Shown here one piece after another: positions 62,078-64,000 of a stretch of 64,000 nucleotides of DNA. The DNA comes from Halocafeteria seosinensis (taxonomy: Eukaryota), in contig LVLI01000633.1 in assembly GCA_001687465.1 (NCBI GenBank), positions 1-64,000 on the forward strand, written 5' to 3'. Each line of letters starts with the position of its first letter. Position 1 is the stretch's first letter. Made by a program: the position numbers and the translations under genes. The notes under the pieces were generated by a model. It saw only the letters and a program-made list of their open reading frames with translations, made no database searches and had not been told where the DNA came from.

Positions 62078-62783
62078 TGGTGAACCTTTACGTAAAGTGT
62101 TTGTTTGTGTGGATACTGCCGTAAACGCTTCATAGCGAAAATGCACATGGTGATGCACACGTACATCTCTATCGCGGGACTCCAGATTCTGGCAACTTGC
62201 CGGTATGAAGATCGTTGCTCATTTCTCCCATGAGAATACGTCTCCGAGTTCTCACCACGTGACCAAGAACTGTATAAATCATGGAAACGCAAACTTCCCG
62301 TCATTCCTGACTCGCCTACTTCCTTCGTGTGACTTGTGCGACTTCCTGCTTCAAACACTTGCACGTCACCTTGTTCGAATATCCGAAATTGACCGGTTTG
62401 GCAAACAACGCTCAAGCAAATTGTGGTTAGAGCAAAGACTCTAAGCTACTTTGGGACACAATTCAAACGGTTGAGAATCTGACATCGGTGAATAGAAGCT
62501 TGTTTGTCTGCATTCGTACGCTCGTGCAAAAGCGAGCAATTTCGTGGTCTTGCTGTACCTATACTAGATACATTACACTACGCGCTAAAGAGCATCATTT
62601 TCCATTCTCTCTTGTTGCACAATTGGAGAGCCCTTGACGGGGTGACTTTCGGCTCCAAGCTAGCCATATCGGGTTTCGTTTCTTTCCGCGCCGTCCGAAG
62701 AAAACCAGCTTGTTTCCCAGCAGCTACGTCGGTTACTGCCAAGCATCCCACCGCAGGTGCTACAGAACAGACATAAAATTGAT

Positions 62784-64000
62784 ATGCGAAGCACTGTGGT
62801 TCACGATAGCTCTATGGGACACTCGCCAAGAGCACTGGAAGGTCTAACAGTTGTGTTGATGACGTGCTATTTGTGGTCATCTTCACTGGTGGCCGGTGTG
62901 CATGTGCATCCCCAAAGATCCCTCGAAGAAGCGAAGGGGAACGATGGACTTGTGAAAGGTCGTTCATGGTAAGAGTCATTCCGAATGCTGCTCGATGCAG
63001 AAGGTCCACCTGTGAATTCATTTTGTGCTTATGGTCGGTGTGACAACAGCGGTTTGAGTGATCCTGCACTGAAGAGGGAATTGGTTACACCTGCCACGAA
63101 GGTGCACCAGGAATATCCATATCCACGCCAGTTTCAGGAGGCAGGGAGTCGACAGCTCGACCATGATTTCATGCCGATTCAAGAGGCAGAAGAACAAGGG
63201 ATGACGAGCGAAATTCGTATTCGGGTACGCGGCTTCCCCATAGTCTTTAAGAGGTTGCCATTTTTTACACCCGCAATTTGTGCTACCTGGTACCTCCTTG
63301 GCAGCTTGTATGGGATGTCATCCAAAACGGGGATACGTACGATGGGGATGCGCAACAATGCAATTACATAGGTATGTTTGACCGATATGTTTGGAGCGCG
63401 AGGAGCGGATGATGGTTTGGGATTGTGTAGCCGACTACAGGACAACCAATCGCTCTGCCGGATCCTATTAACGATCAGAACTCATGGACTGATGATCCAT
63501 GCCCCAGCGAAGAATTCATGGTCCATGCAAATGATGAGAAGGCCTCTAGCCAAGCCAAAAAAGCGGCAGAAGAGCGTTTTGCTTTGATGAAGCGACGCAC
63601 TGAGTGGGTAAGACAATAACAAGACCCGTTTTGTGTGTGCGTGTCTTTGTCAAGGGTACTTGTTTCTTCCGCAGGCTGCATCTTACTGGGAAAACACACT
63701 TCGTGTCAAGCCTGTAGATAACGAAATTGTCATTGACTCCAATGCCCTCGTGAGGAATCATGTGGAGTTGCCCGAAGGTATATTTGTACCGGATTCTAAT
63801 GGAATGTGCACATGCCTGACAGATGTATTCTGGTAGTGCAGAACAAAAGGTTCACAACAATACAGACCTAGTAGTGATCATGACCGCTAGACCTGTTCCT
63901 TTCAAGAGTGTGGCCGGTATGTAACGACTGTTCGCTTTACTTGAGCAAGTCCGTCGGTCTCTGTATATCGTATTTGTAAGTACTGACAGGTTACGCGAGC
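62784..64000 (+). CDS. M8 protease family copy 3 (truncated by window end)
   Basis: Signal peptide; SC|GLSDP; IRIR; ALMKRRTEW|AASYWENTLRVKPV; TDLVVIMTARP, collinear with copies 1 and 2. Confidence 0.8.

Noticed and set aside
1..64000. tRNA/rRNA genes and autonomous transposons
   Set aside because: No cloverleaf, rRNA signature, RT, integrase or transposase motif recognised by eye; tRNAscan-SE/Infernal would be needed to exclude them formally.

Overview
Gene-dense eukaryotic (protist-like, possibly stramenopile) genomic DNA with many short (mostly ~55-90 nt) GT-AG introns. Recognisable housekeeping genes: TFIIS-like protein, TSET/TPLATE sigma-like subunit (TSPOON/LOLITA), CaMK-type kinase, SRP9, ValRS, C2HC zinc-finger protein, GluRS, primase small subunit and a TAF5-like WD40 protein. 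These alternate with accessory blocks: a secreted Cys-rich repeat protein with duplicated exon+intron units, degenerate ~0.8-kb tandem repeats, a TIR-bounded MITE-like element, a GLUG-repeat protein, a GuaD-type deaminase, an ankyrin gene with one intron per repeat, and a four-copy orphan family in decay. Two standout observations: (1) an intronless 1188-aa ORF (20804-24370, minus) whose motif order matches SAMD9/SAMD9L-type STAND antiviral NTPases, with apparently tandem AlbA/Schlafen-like N-terminal modules, in a ~6.7-kb segment bracketed by imperfect direct repeats; (2) a tandem array of three leishmanolysin (M8) metalloproteases, the two complete copies of which are spliced in frame to one TM helix plus two tetraspanin-like 4-TM units. 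All family calls come from motif recognition by eye; no database searches were run, and splice models are manual.
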